Shown here piece by piece: positions 45,736 through 57,489 of a DNA stretch of 64,000 nucleotides. The stretch spans positions 10,574-74,573 of the forward strand of contig CAIXGU010000272.1 of NCBI GenBank assembly GCA_903919045.1, written 5' to 3'. The DNA is from an uncultured Eubacteriales bacterium (GTDB taxonomy: Bacteria; Bacillota; Clostridia; Saccharofermentanales; UBA5734). How positions within the stretch are numbered: position 1 is the stretch's first letter; every line of letters starts with the position of its first letter. The position numbers and the translations under genes were made by a program. The notes under the pieces are model-generated. The model was not told where the DNA came from. It was given only the letters and a program-made list of their open reading frames with translations, and made no database searches.

Positions 45736-47078
45736 TCCACAGTCGCTCCCGTCAGTTCGTGATCCCCGGCGTCGACGATCCGGACCCGGACGAGCTGCCC
45801 GAAGGCCAGCGGTCCCGCGGTGCCCACGACGTGGATCGGCGGGTCGATCTCGGGCGCCTCGCCCTCGCTTCGACCCAAGTAGAATACACCATCCTCGTCG
45901 ACCGATTCAATGCGGACGAGACGCTCCGTTCCGAGCGCCTCCCTCCCCTTCTCGCGCGAGACCCGGAGCTGCCGCTCCATCACGCCGCGGAGGCGACGCT
46001 CGGCGGTGCGCTTCGGGACCTTCGGCTTCATCGTCGCCGCCGGCGTCCCCTCCTCGGGCGAGAAGACGAAGGCGCCGAGCCGGTCGAACCGCGCGGCGTC
46101 CACGAAGGACAGCAGCTCCTCGTAGTCCTCCTCGGTCTCGCCGGGGAAACCGACGAGCAGCGTGGAGCGCAGCACGATGCCCGGGACGCGGGCGCGCAGG
46201 GCGTCGAGCGTCGCGAGGATTTCCGCGCGGCCGCCGCGCCGGTTCATCCGCCGGAGCACGTCGTCGGACGCGTGCTGGACCGGGATGTCGAGATACCGCG
46301 CGACCTTCGGGTTCCGGGCCATCTCGTCGAGCAGCACGTCGTCCACTCCGTCGGGATAGGCGTAGAGGATGCGCAGCAGCCGGACGCCGTCGATCGCGGC
46401 GAGCGCCCGGATCAGGTCCGGCAGGAGGCGTATCCCGGAGAGATCGAGCCCGTAGCGCGTCGTGTCCTGCGCGACGAGCACGAGCTCGTCCGACCCGTCC
46501 GCGACGAGACGTCGCGCTTCCGAGAGGAGTTCGTCGATGGGACGCGAGACGAAGGGACCGCGGATGTCGGGGATCGCGCAGTAGGCGCAGCGGTTGGAGC
46601 AGCCTTCCGCGACCTTGAGGTACGCGTAGCCGCCCGTCGAGGCCCGCCGCCGCGCGCCGAGGTGCGCCGTCGCGTCGCCGCGCCCGCAGTCGGAGAATCG
46701 GGTCGGGTCGGCCTCGAGCCGCCGCACGGCCTCCGCGATCCGGCCGTAGGCCGACGTGCCGAGCACGGCGTCGACCTCGGGGAGGTCGTCGAGGATCTCC
46801 TGCGGATACCGCTGCGCGAGGCAGCCGGCGACGACCAGGAACCGGCACCGTCCGGCCGGCGCCTTCCGGTCGGCCATCGCGAGGATCGTGTCGATCGCCT
46901 CCCGCTTGGCGCTCTCGATGAAGCCGCAGGTGTTGACGACGATCACGTCGGCGTCGTCCGGGTCGGGGACGAGCCGGTAGCCCTCCCCTTCCAGGATGCC
47001 GGACATGCATTCCGAATCGACGAGGTTCTTCGGGCAGCCGAGCGAGACGAGGGCGATGTCGGGCCTAGCCGGGTCCAT
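45732..47078 (-). CDS. rimO: Ribosomal protein S12 methylthiotransferase RimO
   Basis: 448 aa from Met105 of ORF 45732-47390, with RBS GGAGGA upstream. Has LGCPKNLVDSE, radical-SAM CSNRCAYC and a TRAM C-terminus. Confidence 0.9.
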   Translation of the reverse strand: MDPARPDIALVSLGCPKNLVDSECMSGILEGEGYRLVPDPDDADVIVVNTCGFIESAKREAIDTILAMADRKAPAGRCRFLVVAGCLAQRYPQEILDDLPEVDAVLGTSAYGRIAEAVRRLEADPTRFSDCGRGDATAHLGARRRASTGGYAYLKVAEGCSNRCAYCAIPDIRGPFVSRPIDELLSEARRLVADGSDELVLVAQDTTRYGLDLSGIRLLPDLIRALAAIDGVRLLRILYAYPDGVDDVLLDEMARNPKVARYLDIPVQHASDDVLRRMNRRGGRAEILATLDALRARVPGIVLRSTLLVGFPGETEEDYEELLSFVDAARFDRLGAFVFSPEEGTPAATMKPKVPKRTAERRLRGVMERQLRVSREKGREALGTERLVRIESVDEDGVFYLGRSEGEAPEIDPPIHVVGTAGPLAFGQLVRVRIVDAGDHELTGATVE

Positions 47079-47571
47079 GCCGTCCTCCGAGCGCGAGGCC
47101 GACCGCCTCCTCGGCGTCGTCCTCTCCGTAGCCGCGCGACGCGAGGAAGCGGGCCATCCGCATCCCGAGCCGGAAGGCCTCCTCCTCCGTGGACAAGGCG
47201 TCGATCTCCTTGCCGAAGCGCTCCGCGAGCAGGGTCCGTGCCGACGCGAGGTCGTCGGGCGCCTTCCCCATCGCGCGCTCGGCGGCCTCCCGGTCGACGC
47301 CGCGCCGGTGCAGCCGTGCGCGGAGCGCGTCGCGGGATTCCGCCGACTTGCCGGAGGCGTTCGCGACCACCGACCGCGCGACCGCGTCATCCTTCAGGTA
47401 GCCGTCCTCGGCGAGCATGGCGACGGTCTCCTCGACCACGTCCTGCGGGAAGCCGGCGCGGAGGAGCTTCCCTGCGACGGCGCCCGACGTGCGGATGGAG
47501 ACGCCGATGAAGGCGACCGCCGCCTCGCGGGCCTGCCGCAGGTTGCCGGCGCGTTCCGGGGAATCGGGCAT
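47065..47571 (-). CDS. recX: Recombination regulator RecX
   Basis: 168 aa, helical-repeat protein containing LAEDGYLKDDAVA. It lies immediately downstream of recA (1-nt overlap). Confidence 0.8.
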   Translation of the reverse strand: MPDSPERAGNLRQAREAAVAFIGVSIRTSGAVAGKLLRAGFPQDVVEETVAMLAEDGYLKDDAVARSVVANASGKSAESRDALRARLHRRGVDREAAERAMGKAPDDLASARTLLAERFGKEIDALSTEEEAFRLGMRMARFLASRGYGEDDAEEAVGLALGGRHGPG

Positions 47572-48695
47572 CAGGCGTCCCCGAGGCCGAGGACGTCCTC
47601 TTCGGTCCCTTCGTCCTCCGAGACGGGACCGCCGCCGGCGGTGCTCTTCTTGAAGGCCTCGCGCACGCGGCCCTCGATTTCCTCGGCGACCTCGGGATTC
47701 GCCTTCAGGAACAGGCGGACGTTGTCCTTGCCCTGGCCGACGCGCTGGCCTTTGTAGGAGAACCAGGCGCCGCTCTTGTTGATGATGTCGAGGTTCACCC
47801 CCAGGTCGATCAGGCAGCCTTCCTTCGAGATGCCCTCGCCGTAGATGATGTCGAACTCGGCCTCCTTGAACGGAGGCGCGACCTTGTTCTTCACGACCTT
47901 CACGCGCGTGCGGCTGCCGACGACGTCGGTGCCGTTCCGCAGGGTCTCGGTGCGGCGGACGTCGAGGCGGACCGACGAGTAGAACTTGAGGGCGCGGCCG
48001 CCGGGCGTCGTCTCCGGGTTGCCGAACATCACGCCGACCTTCTCGCGGAGCTGGTTGATGAAGATCGCGACCGTGTTGGACTTGCTGATGATGCCGGCGA
48101 GCTTGCGCAGCGCCTGCGACATGAGTCGCGCCTGCAGGCCGACGTGGGCGTCGCCCATCTCGCCGTCGATCTCGGCCTTCGGGACGAGGGCCGCGACCGA
48201 GTCGATCACGATCACGTCGATCGCGCCGCTGCGGACGAGGGCCTCCGTGATCTCGAGCGCCTGCTCGCCGGTATCGGGCTGGGAGATGATCAGGTTGTCG
48301 ATGTCGACGCCGAGGCGGCCGGCGTAGGCCGGGTCGAGCGCGTGCTCGGCGTCGATGAAGGCCGCGGTGCCGCCGGCGCGCTGCGCCTCGGCGACGATAT
48401 GGAGGGCGACGGTCGTCTTGCCCGATGCCTCGGGACCGAAGATCTCGACGATGCGGCCGCGCGGGACGCCGCCCACGCCGAGCGCGATGTCGAGCGACAG
48501 GGCGCCCGTGCGCACGACCTCGATCGTCTGGTCGGGACGCTCGCCGAGCTTCATCGCGGCGCCCTTCCCGAACTGCTTCTCGATCTGGCCGAGCGCGATC
48601 TCCAAGGCCTTCGCGCGGTCCGCGGCGACCTTGGAGAGCTCGGGGGCCGCCTTCTCCGGCTTCTTGTCGGACTGGGACCGGTTGTATGCTGCCAT
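47571..48695 (-). CDS. recA: Recombinase RecA
   Basis: 374 aa with Walker [10 protein letters not shown] and conserved L1/L2 regions. RBS is AGGAGGA. Confidence 0.98.
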   Translation of the reverse strand: MAAYNRSQSDKKPEKAAPELSKVAADRAKALEIALGQIEKQFGKGAAMKLGERPDQTIEVVRTGALSLDIALGVGGVPRGRIVEIFGPEASGKTTVALHIVAEAQRAGGTAAFIDAEHALDPAYAGRLGVDIDNLIISQPDTGEQALEITEALVRSGAIDVIVIDSVAALVPKAEIDGEMGDAHVGLQARLMSQALRKLAGIISKSNTVAIFINQLREKVGVMFGNPETTPGGRALKFYSSVRLDVRRTETLRNGTDVVGSRTRVKVVKNKVAPPFKEAEFDIIYGEGISKEGCLIDLGVNLDIINKSGAWFSYKGQRVGQGKDNVRLFLKANPEVAEEIEGRVREAFKKSTAGGGPVSEDEGTEEDVLGLGDA

Positions 48696-48711
48696 GTGCG
48701 CGTCCTCCTAT

Positions 48712-48725
48712 CGAACATATGTTCT
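48712..48725. promoter_or_regulatory. LexA operator (Cheo/SOS box) upstream of recA
   Basis: The plus strand reads CGAACATATGTTCT (minus strand AGAACATATGTTCG). It starts 7 nt downstream of the -10, around the predicted TSS. Confidence 0.85.
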
Positions 48726-48731
48726 CATTGG

Positions 48732-48760
48732 ATTATACGGAAGCCCTTCCGGAGCGTCAA
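48732..48760 (-). promoter_or_regulatory. recA promoter (TTGACG / 17 nt / TATAAT)
   Basis: On the minus strand: -35 TTGACG (48760-48755, overlapping the murJ stop), a 17-nt spacer, then -10 TATAAT (48737-48732). Confidence 0.75.
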
Positions 48761-50448
48761 CCGGGCGCGATGGGGTTCCGTCCGGCAGGCGCCGCGGTTT
48801 TCCGCGGACCCCCGGCAAAGCGCTTCCGGATGCGTTCGTACGAGGCACGGACCTCGGGGAGGCCGAGCCCCGCGGAGACCCCGAGGTAGAGGCCGCCGGC
48901 GACGGCGGCGCGCGCCCCGATCCACAGGAACCGGACGGCCTTCCCCACTGCAGGAACCGGCACGAGGCCGAGGAGCAGGACGGCCCCGAGGGCAGCGAGC
49001 GCCGCGACGCCGGACTTCACGAGGAACGGGGTCAGGACGAACGGCGCGTGGTCGGGATGCTTCCGGCGCAGCCAGAAGAACAGGAACAGGGCCGAGAGCA
49101 CGCTCGAGAGCGCGTATGCGAGGGCCATCCCGGCGACGCCGAGCCCCGTGGCCGTGGTCAGGAGCAGGCACAGGAGCGGATTCGCGACCAGCGACACGAG
49201 GCCGGCGAGGAGCGGCACGCGGGTCCGTCCCATCGCATAGAAGGCCATGTTGAGCAGGAACACGAACGTGTGGCTGACGATGGCGATGCAGTAGAACGCG
49301 AGCACGGCCCCCGTCCGCATCACCGCCTCGTCCGACATCCCCGCGTTCCACTGGAAGAGCGCGCGGACGATGTCGGTCCGCATCGGCAGGATCAGCGCTG
49401 CCGAGGGGATCGTCAGGAACAGGGCGCCGCGCAGGCTCGCGGTGAGCATGCGCCGGAACTCGGCTCGGTCGCCCGCGGCGTGCTTCGCCGCCAGCGACGG
49501 GAGCATCGCGCTGCCGACCGCGACGGCGAAGACGCCGTACGGGAGCTGCCAGACCGTGATCGCGAGGTTCATCGCGCTGACCGACCCCGCGTCGAAGCGG
49601 GCCGCGAAGGCGGACAGGACGATCAGGTTCACCTGGATGATCGACGCGGAGACGATCGTCGGGAGCGCCGTGCGCACGATGCGCCGGAACCCCTCGTCGC
49701 GGGCGTCGAGCGACGGCACGTAATGGGCGAGCTCGCGGCGCGCGAGGAGGAACTGGAGCGCGAAGTAGCCGAGGGCGGCGAGGAGGATGCCGCCGGCGGT
49801 GCGGACGACGGCCGGGGCGGATGGGCTCCCCAGGAGCGCCAGGCTCGCGATGCAGCCGAGGTTGTACGCGGTCGGGCCCCAGGCGGAGGCGCCGAACCGG
49901 CGGTACGCGTTCAGGATCCCGATGCACAGGCCCGCGAGCATGATGAACATCACGGACGGGAACAGCACGCGGGCGACCTCGGTCGAGAGCGTGACGACGA
50001 GCGCCGAGCGCGGGCCGGCGATCAGCGGCAGGAGCCAGCCGACGCAGATCTCACCGACTGCGACGGCGACGCCCATCAGGATCAGCGTGTAGTTCATGAA
50101 GATGCTGAGGCTGCGCCAGCCCTTCGATTCTTCGCCCTTCTCGAGGCTGCCGGCCAGGAAGGGCGTGAGCGCGGCCTGGATCGAGCCGCCGATCAGCAGC
50201 TGGTACATCAGGTCCGGGATCTGGAATCCCAGGAAGTAGGCGTCGGAGAGGTCCCCGACGCCGAAGCGCATCGGGATCAGCATCTGCCGGAAGTAGCCGG
50301 TCAGCCGGCTGAGGATCAGGGCGACCATGAGGAGCGTCGCCGCGCTGGCGATGTTGTGCCGCGCGGAGGCAGGCGGAGAGGACGCCGCGGGCGCGGCGGG
50401 GCCGTCGGGCTTCGCCGGGGGGTCGGACGACGGCCGTCCGCGGATCAC
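48757..50448 (-). CDS. murJ: Lipid II flippase MurJ (MviN)
   Basis: 563 aa from GTG 50448, in a GTGA overlap with the cinA stop. Has SRLTGYFRQMLIPMRFG..DAYFLGFQIPDL and many TM helices. The upstream part of ORF 48757-51684 overlaps cinA and is spurious. The start is moderately uncertain. Confidence 0.85.
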   Translation of the reverse strand: MIRGRPSSDPPAKPDGPAAPAASSPPASARHNIASAATLLMVALILSRLTGYFRQMLIPMRFGVGDLSDAYFLGFQIPDLMYQLLIGGSIQAALTPFLAGSLEKGEESKGWRSLSIFMNYTLILMGVAVAVGEICVGWLLPLIAGPRSALVVTLSTEVARVLFPSVMFIMLAGLCIGILNAYRRFGASAWGPTAYNLGCIASLALLGSPSAPAVVRTAGGILLAALGYFALQFLLARRELAHYVPSLDARDEGFRRIVRTALPTIVSASIIQVNLIVLSAFAARFDAGSVSAMNLAITVWQLPYGVFAVAVGSAMLPSLAAKHAAGDRAEFRRMLTASLRGALFLTIPSAALILPMRTDIVRALFQWNAGMSDEAVMRTGAVLAFYCIAIVSHTFVFLLNMAFYAMGRTRVPLLAGLVSLVANPLLCLLLTTATGLGVAGMALAYALSSVLSALFLFFWLRRKHPDHAPFVLTPFLVKSGVAALAALGAVLLLGLVPVPAVGKAVRFLWIGARAAVAGGLYLGVSAGLGLPEVRASYERIRKRFAGGPRKTAAPAGRNPIAPG

Positions 50449-51704
50449 GGCAGCAGGCTCCGGCGGAGGAGGTCGAGGGCGTTCAGGGCGGCGACCTGCC
50501 GGATGCGCTCGCGCGTGCCGCGCAGGCGGAGCTCGCGCTTCTCGACGCCGCCGGGGCCGGCGACCGCGAGGTGCACGAGGCCGACCGGCTTCTCCGCGGT
50601 CCCCCCGCCCGGCCCCGCGATTCCCGTGACGGCGACCGCGAAGTCCGAACCGAACCGGCGGCGGGCGCCGAGGGCCATCGCCTCCGCGCACTCCGCGCTC
50701 ACGGCGCCGTGCCGTTCGAGGATCTCCGGAGGCACGTCCAGCAGCGACCGCTTCACGTCGTCCGCATAGGCGACGACGCCGCCCCGCAGGGCGCCGCTCG
50801 CGCCGGGCACCGACGCGAACGTCGCGGCGGTCAGCCCCGCCGTGCAGGATTCCGCGAAGGCGACCGTCCTCCCCTTCTCCAGGGCGAGCGCGACGACCAC
50901 CTCGTGCATCGCCCGCGGACCGGTCTCGTAGATGTACTCGCCGAGCCGCGCGCGCACCTCGTCCAGCAGCGGCGGGACGAGGTCGGGGTCGGCGTCCGAC
51001 GAGACGCGCTGCGTGATGCGGAACATCACCTCGCCGTCGGAGCAGTACGGCGCGATCGTCGGGTTCTCCTGGCGCTCCACGAGGTCCGCGAGGCGGCTCT
51101 CGGCCGCCGATTCCCCGATGCCGATCATCCGCACGTACGTCGAGCGGAGCCGGAACGGGGCGCGGGCCGCGAGGTACGGCGCCCCGGAGGCCTCGAACAT
51201 CGCCGTCATCTCCTTCGGCGGTCCGGGGAACAGGAGCAGGGCCGCCGGACCCGCCGGAGAGTCCGGGAGCTCGACGATGCAGCCGGGCGCCGTCCCGCAC
51301 GCGTTCGGCATGACGATGCCGCCTTCGGGCATCAGCGCCTGCTTGCGGTTGTTGGCGGTCATCGGACGGTGCATCGACGAGAAGTAGCCGCCGATCGCCT
51401 TCAGGCTCTCCTCGTGGAGGACCAGCGGCACGCCCGCGGCCCGCGCCGCGCCCGCCATGGTGATGTCGTCGGCCGTCGGCCCGAGCCCGCCCGTCAGCAG
51501 CACGCAGCCCGAGCGCGCGACGGCCGTCCGGATCGCCGCGTCGAGGCGGTCGGGGTTGTCGCCGACCACGGTCTGCCAGTAGGCCGGGATGCCGAGCTCG
51601 GCGAGGCGACGGGCCAGGTAGGCCGCGTTGGTGTTGACGATCTGGCCCATGAGGAGTTCCGTCCCCACGGTCAGGATCTCGCACGAGCGGAAGGGTGCGC
51701 TCAA
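50445..51704 (-). CDS. cinA: Competence/damage-inducible protein CinA (MoCF-like domain + PncC NMN deamidase domain)
   Basis: 419 aa from TTG 51704, in a TTGA overlap with the folD stop. The N-terminus then reads (M)[25 protein letters not shown]. The C-terminal part has ESCTAGL...TGIAGPGG. Confidence 0.85.
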   Translation of the reverse strand: MSAPFRSCEILTVGTELLMGQIVNTNAAYLARRLAELGIPAYWQTVVGDNPDRLDAAIRTAVARSGCVLLTGGLGPTADDITMAGAARAAGVPLVLHEESLKAIGGYFSSMHRPMTANNRKQALMPEGGIVMPNACGTAPGCIVELPDSPAGPAALLLFPGPPKEMTAMFEASGAPYLAARAPFRLRSTYVRMIGIGESAAESRLADLVERQENPTIAPYCSDGEVMFRITQRVSSDADPDLVPPLLDEVRARLGEYIYETGPRAMHEVVVALALEKGRTVAFAESCTAGLTAATFASVPGASGALRGGVVAYADDVKRSLLDVPPEILERHGAVSAECAEAMALGARRRFGSDFAVAVTGIAGPGGGTAEKPVGLVHLAVAGPGGVEKRELRLRGTRERIRQVAALNALDLLRRSLLP

Positions 51705-52576
51705 CGGGCCGCCGCCCGGGCCTTCTCGGCCCGCTTGAACGCGTCGAGCGTGTTGCGCAGCAGCATCGCGATCGTCATCGGCCCGACGCCGTTCGGCACC
51801 GGCGTCACGGCGCCCGCGACCTCGGCCACGCTGTCGAAGTCGACGTCGCCGACGACCTTCCCTTCCGCGTTCCGGTTGATGCCGACGTCCACGACCACCG
51901 CGCCCGGCTTGATCCAGTCGCCCGTGACCATCTTCGCCCGCCCGATCGCGACGACGACGACGTCCGCGCGCCGCACGACCGCCTTCAGGTCCTTCGTCCG
52001 GGAGTGGCAGACCGTGACGGTGCCGTTCTCCTTGAGCAGGAGCTGGGCCACGGGCTTGCCGACGATGTTGCTGCGGCCGATCACCACGCACTCCTTGCCG
52101 GCGACCTCGATCCCGGCGCGGTGCAGCATGACCATCACGCCCGCCGGCGTGCAGGACACCGGACCCTCGCGGCCCATCGACAGCAGCCCGACGTTCATCG
52201 GGTGCAGCCCGTCGACGTCCTTGGCGGGGTCGATGCGGCAGGTGACCTTGAATTCGTCGAGGTGCTTCGGGAGCGGGAGCTGGCAGAGGATCCCATGCAC
52301 GTTCGGGTCGGCGTTCAGGGCGTCGATCAGGCCGAGCAGCTCGGCCTCGGGAACGTCGGCGGGCAGCTCGTATCCGAACGACTTCATGCCGCACTCGACG
52401 GTCGCCTTCTTCTTGTTCCTGACGTAGATCGCGGAGCCGGGGTCATCGCCGACGAGGATCACGGCGAGTCCCGGGACGCGCCCCTCCGACGCGGCGGCCA
52501 GCGCCTCCACTTCCACCCGGATCTCGCCGCGGATCGCCTCCGCGGTCTCCTTGCCTCGGATCACCAGTGCGGACAT
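51701..52576 (-). CDS. folD: Bifunctional methylenetetrahydrofolate dehydrogenase/cyclohydrolase
   Basis: 291 aa from Met96 of ORF 51701-52861, with RBS AAAGGAG upstream. Motifs include [25 protein letters not shown] and [10 protein letters not shown]. Confidence 0.95.
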   Translation of the reverse strand: MSALVIRGKETAEAIRGEIRVEVEALAAASEGRVPGLAVILVGDDPGSAIYVRNKKKATVECGMKSFGYELPADVPEAELLGLIDALNADPNVHGILCQLPLPKHLDEFKVTCRIDPAKDVDGLHPMNVGLLSMGREGPVSCTPAGVMVMLHRAGIEVAGKECVVIGRSNIVGKPVAQLLLKENGTVTVCHSRTKDLKAVVRRADVVVVAIGRAKMVTGDWIKPGAVVVDVGINRNAEGKVVGDVDFDSVAEVAGAVTPVPNGVGPMTIAMLLRNTLDAFKRAEKARAAAR

Positions 52577-54479
52577 GCTCGGTTGCGCTCCTTTCGCTGC
52601 GGCCTGGGCGGACCAGGCACTGCGGGCCGTATCCGATGAGGTCCTCGCGTCCCGCGCGCCGCAGCGCCTCCTCGACGAGCGCCCGGTTCGCGGGCTTGTC
52701 GTACTGGAGGAGGGCGCGCTGCAGGATCTTCTCCCGCTCGCCGGGCACGTGGACGGGCTCGAGGGTGAAAGGGTCGAGGCCGGTGCGGTGCATGCTCGTG
52801 GACGCGGTGCCGGGCGTCGGGTAGAAGTCCTGCACCTGCTCCGGGCTCGCACCCCACCCATGCAGCGTCTCCGCGAGGAGGACGGCGTCGGCGAGCGTGC
52901 TGCCGGGATGGCCCGAGATCAGATAAGGAACCAGGTACTGGTCCTTCCCGAGCGCGCGGTTCATCTCGGCGTAGTCGCGGCGGAACCGCTCGTACGACGC
53001 GGGACCGGGCTTGCCCATGAGCGCGAGGACGCGCGGCGAGACGTGCTCGGGGGCGACCTTCAGCTGGCCGCTCACGTGGTGCTCCACGAGCTCGCGCAGG
53101 AAGTCGGTCTCCCGGTCCATCTGGAGGTAGTCGTAGCGGATGCCCGAGCGGATGAACGCCTTCTTGACGCCCGGGACCGCGCGCACGCGGCGGAGGAGCG
53201 CGACGTATTCGGAATGGTCCGCGCGCAGCTTCGGGCACGGCTTCGGCGACAGGCAGCGCCGGGTGCGGCAGACGCCGCCCCGCTCCTGCCGCTCGCAGGG
53301 GGAGGCGCGGAAGTTCGCCGTGGGTCCGCCGACGTCGTGGATGTAGCCCTTGAACTCGGGGTCGCGGGCGATCGTCCCGGCCTCGCGGACGACGCTGTCG
53401 GCCGTGCGGCGCTGCACGAGGCGCCCCTGGTGCAGGGCGATCGCGCAGAACGAGCAGCCGCCGTAGCAGCCGCGGTGCGACGCGATGCTGAAGCGCACCT
53501 CCTCGAGCGAGGGCACGCCGCCGGGTCCGTACATCGGGTGCGCGCGCCGCTCGTAGGGCAGCTCGGCGACGGTGTCGAGCTCCTTCGGCGACATCGGAAG
53601 GGCCGGCGGGTTCTGCACGACGTACCGGGCGCCGTGCGCCTGGACCAGCGTCCGCCCCTCGAGCGGGTCCTGCTCGTAGAACTGGAACCGGAAGGCGACC
53701 GCATCCGCGAGCGGGTCGGCGGCCGTCTCGTCGAAGGAAGGCAGCAGCAGGTGCCGCCCGTCGTCCGGCAGGCAGGGGCCGAGCAGCTCCTTCTTCGTGC
53801 GGCGCCCGGCGTCGAGGCGGAACCCCTCGTGCGCGGCGACGAACGCGGCGAGCTCCTTCGGCATCGCCTCGGGCCGGAGGAGGACGGCGGTCCCGCGGAT
53901 CCCCACGATCCGGCGGACGGGCACGCCCTTGCGGAGCAGCGCGGCGATCTCGACGATCGGGCGCTCTCCCATCCCGTAGACGAGCAGGTCGGCCTGGCTG
54001 TCCTGCAGGACGCTGCGCCGCACAGCGTCGTCCCAATAATCGTAGTGCGCGAACCGGCGCAGGCTCGCCTCGACGCCGCCGACCACGAGCGGGACGTCGC
54101 CCATCTGGGCGCGCACGCAGGCGCAGTAGCGGGCCAGCGCGCGGTCGGGCCGGCGCCCGGCGCGTCCGCCCGGCGAGTAGCGGTCGTCGCTGCGGCGGCG
54201 CTTCGCGGCGGTGTAGTTGTCGACCATGGAGTCGACGACGCCCGACGAGACGAGCACCGCGAGGCGCGGCACGCCCATAGCAAGCATGCAGTCCTTCACC
54301 CGGACGTCCGGCTGCGGCAGCATCCCGACGCGGTAGCCCTGCGCCTCGAGCGTGCGCGCGACGACCGCGGCGCCGAACGAGGGATGGTCCACATACGCGT
54401 CGCCGGAGACGAACAGGAAGTCGAGGGCGTCCCACCCCCGCGCGTCCATGTCCGCCCGCGAGACCGGAAGGAACGGCAT
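52443..54479 (-). CDS. ygiQ: YgiQ-family radical SAM protein (UPF0313)
   Basis: 678 aa starting [36 protein letters not shown], with radical-SAM CYGGCSFC. The last roughly 44 codons are an Arg/Gly/Pro/Asp-rich tail lying out of frame over the folD 5' end. Confidence 0.88.
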   Translation of the reverse strand: MPFLPVSRADMDARGWDALDFLFVSGDAYVDHPSFGAAVVARTLEAQGYRVGMLPQPDVRVKDCMLAMGVPRLAVLVSSGVVDSMVDNYTAAKRRRSDDRYSPGGRAGRRPDRALARYCACVRAQMGDVPLVVGGVEASLRRFAHYDYWDDAVRRSVLQDSQADLLVYGMGERPIVEIAALLRKGVPVRRIVGIRGTAVLLRPEAMPKELAAFVAAHEGFRLDAGRRTKKELLGPCLPDDGRHLLLPSFDETAADPLADAVAFRFQFYEQDPLEGRTLVQAHGARYVVQNPPALPMSPKELDTVAELPYERRAHPMYGPGGVPSLEEVRFSIASHRGCYGGCSFCAIALHQGRLVQRRTADSVVREAGTIARDPEFKGYIHDVGGPTANFRASPCERQERGGVCRTRRCLSPKPCPKLRADHSEYVALLRRVRAVPGVKKAFIRSGIRYDYLQMDRETDFLRELVEHHVSGQLKVAPEHVSPRVLALMGKPGPASYERFRRDYAEMNRALGKDQYLVPYLISGHPGSTLADAVLLAETLHGWGASPEQVQDFYPTPGTASTSMHRTGLDPFTLEPVHVPGEREKILQRALLQYDKPANRALVEEALRRAGREDLIGYGPQCLVRPGRSERSATEHVRTGDPRQGDRGGDPRRDPGGSGGAGRRVGGARPGTRRDPRRR

Positions 54480-54480
54480 C

Positions 54481-56928
54481 CTACAGCCCTTCCCTCTGCT
54501 TGTACTCGAGCCACTGGGACATCGAGACGAGGACCTTGCGCGGCTTGCTGCCCTCGAACGGCCCGACGAACCCCTTCTCCTGCATCCGGTCGACCAGGCG
54601 CGCGGCGCGGGGGTACCCGACGTTCATCCTGCGCTGGAGGAGCGAGACCGAGGCGTAGCCGGCCTCGATCACGATCTGCACGGCCTGGGGGAGGAGCTCG
54701 TCCTGGTCGGGGTCGTCGGTGCTTCCCACGGCTGCGGCGGTCGTGCCGATCGCCTCCGCGGTCGCTTCGTCGTACCCGCCGGCGCCCTGCTGCTTCAGAA
54801 ACGCGACGACGCGCTCGACCTCCTTCTCGGAGACGAAGGCGCCCTGCGCGCGCACGGGCTTCGAGGCGCCGACCGGGAAATACAGCATGTCGCCGCGGCC
54901 GAGCAGCTTCTCGGCGCCGCCCATGTCGAGGATCGTGCGGGAGTCGACCTGCGACGACACCGCGAACGCGAGGCGCGACGGGATGTTCGCCTTGATCACG
55001 CCGGTCACGACATCGACCGAGGGGCGCTGCGTGGCGACGACCAGATGGATCCCGGCGGCGCGGGCCATCGCGGTGAGGCGGGCGATCGCGTCCTCGACCT
55101 CGGCGGGCGACGTGACCATCAGGTCGGACAGCTCGTCGATCACGACGAGGATCAGGGGCAGCTTCTCGAAGCCCTGCGCCTCGGCCTGCGCGTTGTGCGA
55201 GACGATGTCGCGCACGCTGCGCTCGGCGAACGCGTTGTAGCGGCGGGTCATCTCGGCGACGGCCCAGAGCAGGGCGCCCGCGGCCTTCTTCGGGTCGGTG
55301 ACGACCGGCGCGAGGAGGTGCGGGATGCCGTTGTAGACCGAAAGCTCGACGACCTTCGGGTCGATCATCAGCATCCGGACGTCGGAGGGCTTCGCCTTGT
55401 ACAGGATCGCGAGGATCATCGAGTTGATGCACACCGACTTGCCCGAGCCGGTGGCGCCTGCGATCAGCAGGTGCGGCATGCGCGCGATGTCGGCGACGAC
55501 CGCGGCGCCGGGGATGTCGCGTCCGAGCGCGACGGTGAGCGGCGACGGAGCGGCGCGGAACTCGTTCGTCTCGAGCATGCGGCGGAGCAGCACGGGTGCG
55601 GTCTCGCGGTTCGGGACCTCGATGCCGATCGCGGCCTTCCCGGGGATCGGCGCCTCGATGCGGACGCCGAGCGCGGCGAGGTTCAGCGCGATGTCGTCCT
55701 GGAGGCTCACGATGCGGCTGATCTTGACGCCGGCGCCGGGCGCGAGCTCGAAGCGGGTGATCGCGGGTCCGGTCGTGACGTTCACGACCTTCGCCTCGAG
55801 GCCGAAGCTCGCGAGCGTGTCCTCGAGCTTGCGGGACATCGCCTCGATCGCGCCGGGCGCCGTGCGCGCGGCGCGGGGCGGTTCGACGGCGAGCAGCTCG
55901 AGCGGCGGGAAGACGTACGGACGCGGCGGGACGGTGGTTGCTCCCCCGGCACCCTCGCCGGTCCCCGATGCGTCGCCGGCTCCGGACGGGGCCCCCGAAG
56001 GAGCGTTCCCGTGGCTCATCCGGCTGCCGCTCGGCCTCCCGGCGCCCGCATCGATGCGGACCGGACGGATTCCGCCCGGCACCGGCTCGACGGGTTCGCC
56101 CTCGTCGTCCTCTTCGTAGGGTTCGCGGTCCGACGCGGCGGGCGCGGCGGGTGCGCCGGCCTTGGACGAAGCGTCCGGGGCGCCCGCGAGGAACGGCGGC
56201 ACGTCGAACGGCGGCGCATCCGCCTCCTGAGCGGCGGGGGCCGCCTCCTTCCGCTTCGCGCCGGACTCCTTGCCGACGACCATGTCGTAGTTCGCGCCGT
56301 CGGCCCGTTTCGCGGTGCGGACCGCGGCGGTGCCCTGGGCGATCGCATCGCCGACCTTCTTCCGGGTGGCGTCGAACGCCTTGGCCAGCGAGATGTTGAA
56401 CAGGATCACGATCTCCGCGAGCATCGCGCCGACGAGCAGGATCCCCGCTCCGGTGCGTCCCACCACGGCGAGAAGGCCCTCGGCCAGCAGGCCGCCGCCG
56501 AGCCCGCCGGGCAGCGCGCCGCGCGCGAGGACGGAGGCGGCGTAGGCCGGCTCCGCGCCGAGGCGCCAGAGCTGCTGCAGGCTGTCCGAGGCGCTCTTCG
56601 AGAGCTCCTCGAGCGCGCCCGCGGGCATCGACAGGAGGTGCACCAGCGCCGAGGCGGCGGTCAGGAGGACGGTCACGTGCACGAAGCGCAGGCGGGTCCG
56701 GACCTCCTCGCGCTCGAGGAAGTGGTCCATCGCCATGTAGAGCAGGATCGCAGGCACCGCGTAGGCGGTGACGCCGAGGAAGCCGCGGCCCACGGTCAGC
56801 AGCGCCGCGCCGAAGGGGCCGGTCGAGCCGGGGAAGTAGTAGGAGACGGCGAGGATCAGCGCCGCGACGAGATAGAAGACCCCGACGACCTCGCGGCCCT
56901 TGTCGAACGCGCGCTTCTCCTCCGCCAT
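54481..56928 (-). CDS. ftsK: DNA translocase FtsK/SpoIIIE
   Basis: 815 aa from Met140 of ORF 54481-57345, with RBS GGGGGGA upstream. Has N-terminal TM helices, a Pro/Ala-rich linker, Walker A GATGSGKS and a C-terminal gamma wHTH domain. Confidence 0.93.
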   Translation of the reverse strand: MAEEKRAFDKGREVVGVFYLVAALILAVSYYFPGSTGPFGAALLTVGRGFLGVTAYAVPAILLYMAMDHFLEREEVRTRLRFVHVTVLLTAASALVHLLSMPAGALEELSKSASDSLQQLWRLGAEPAYAASVLARGALPGGLGGGLLAEGLLAVVGRTGAGILLVGAMLAEIVILFNISLAKAFDATRKKVGDAIAQGTAAVRTAKRADGANYDMVVGKESGAKRKEAAPAAQEADAPPFDVPPFLAGAPDASSKAGAPAAPAASDREPYEEDDEGEPVEPVPGGIRPVRIDAGAGRPSGSRMSHGNAPSGAPSGAGDASGTGEGAGGATTVPPRPYVFPPLELLAVEPPRAARTAPGAIEAMSRKLEDTLASFGLEAKVVNVTTGPAITRFELAPGAGVKISRIVSLQDDIALNLAALGVRIEAPIPGKAAIGIEVPNRETAPVLLRRMLETNEFRAAPSPLTVALGRDIPGAAVVADIARMPHLLIAGATGSGKSVCINSMILAILYKAKPSDVRMLMIDPKVVELSVYNGIPHLLAPVVTDPKKAAGALLWAVAEMTRRYNAFAERSVRDIVSHNAQAEAQGFEKLPLILVVIDELSDLMVTSPAEVEDAIARLTAMARAAGIHLVVATQRPSVDVVTGVIKANIPSRLAFAVSSQVDSRTILDMGGAEKLLGRGDMLYFPVGASKPVRAQGAFVSEKEVERVVAFLKQQGAGGYDEATAEAIGTTAAAVGSTDDPDQDELLPQAVQIVIEAGYASVSLLQRRMNVGYPRAARLVDRMQEKGFVGPFEGSKPRKVLVSMSQWLEYKQREGL

Positions 56929-56939
56929 GCCGATCCCCC

Positions 56940-57485
56940 CTACCGTCCGCGGAGCCGGCGCGCCGCGGCCAGGATCCCCACGACCGTCTTCGAGTCGGTG
57001 ACCGTGCCGTCCTCGACGAACCGCAGGCACTCGTCCAGCGGATGCGCCACCGCGGTCACGAACTCGTCCGGGTCCGGGCAGGCCTCGCGCTTCGTGAGGC
57101 CGGTCGCGAGATAGATGTGCAGGACCTCGTCGCTGTAGCCGGGGGTCGTGTGGATCGCCGCCAGCTTCTCGATGCGGTCGGCCGACAGGCCGGTCTCCTC
57201 GCGGAGCTCGCGCACCGCGCAGGCGAGCGGGTCCTCGCCCGGCTCGAGCTTGCCGGCCGGGATCTCGAGGGTCTCCTGCGCGATCGCGACGCGGTACTGG
57301 CGGACCAGGTGCACGTCGCCCTCCGCGTCGACCGGGACGACGCATGCGCCGCCGCTGTGGCGGAGCACGTCGCGACCGGCGGTCCTCCCGTTCGGCAGGC
57401 GGACCGTCAGCGATTCGATGCGGAAGACGCGCCCGTCGTATCGGGTCTCCCGGGACAGCAGCGCTTCGTGGTGCCTCTCCGGCAT
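56940..57485 (-). CDS. Nudix hydrolase, ADP-ribose pyrophosphatase-like
   Basis: 181 aa with Nudix box [23 protein letters not shown]. Confidence 0.85.
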   Translation of the reverse strand: MPERHHEALLSRETRYDGRVFRIESLTVRLPNGRTAGRDVLRHSGGACVVPVDAEGDVHLVRQYRVAIAQETLEIPAGKLEPGEDPLACAVRELREETGLSADRIEKLAAIHTTPGYSDEVLHIYLATGLTKREACPDPDEFVTAVAHPLDECLRFVEDGTVTDSKTVVGILAAARRLRGR

Positions 57486-57489
57486 CGTC

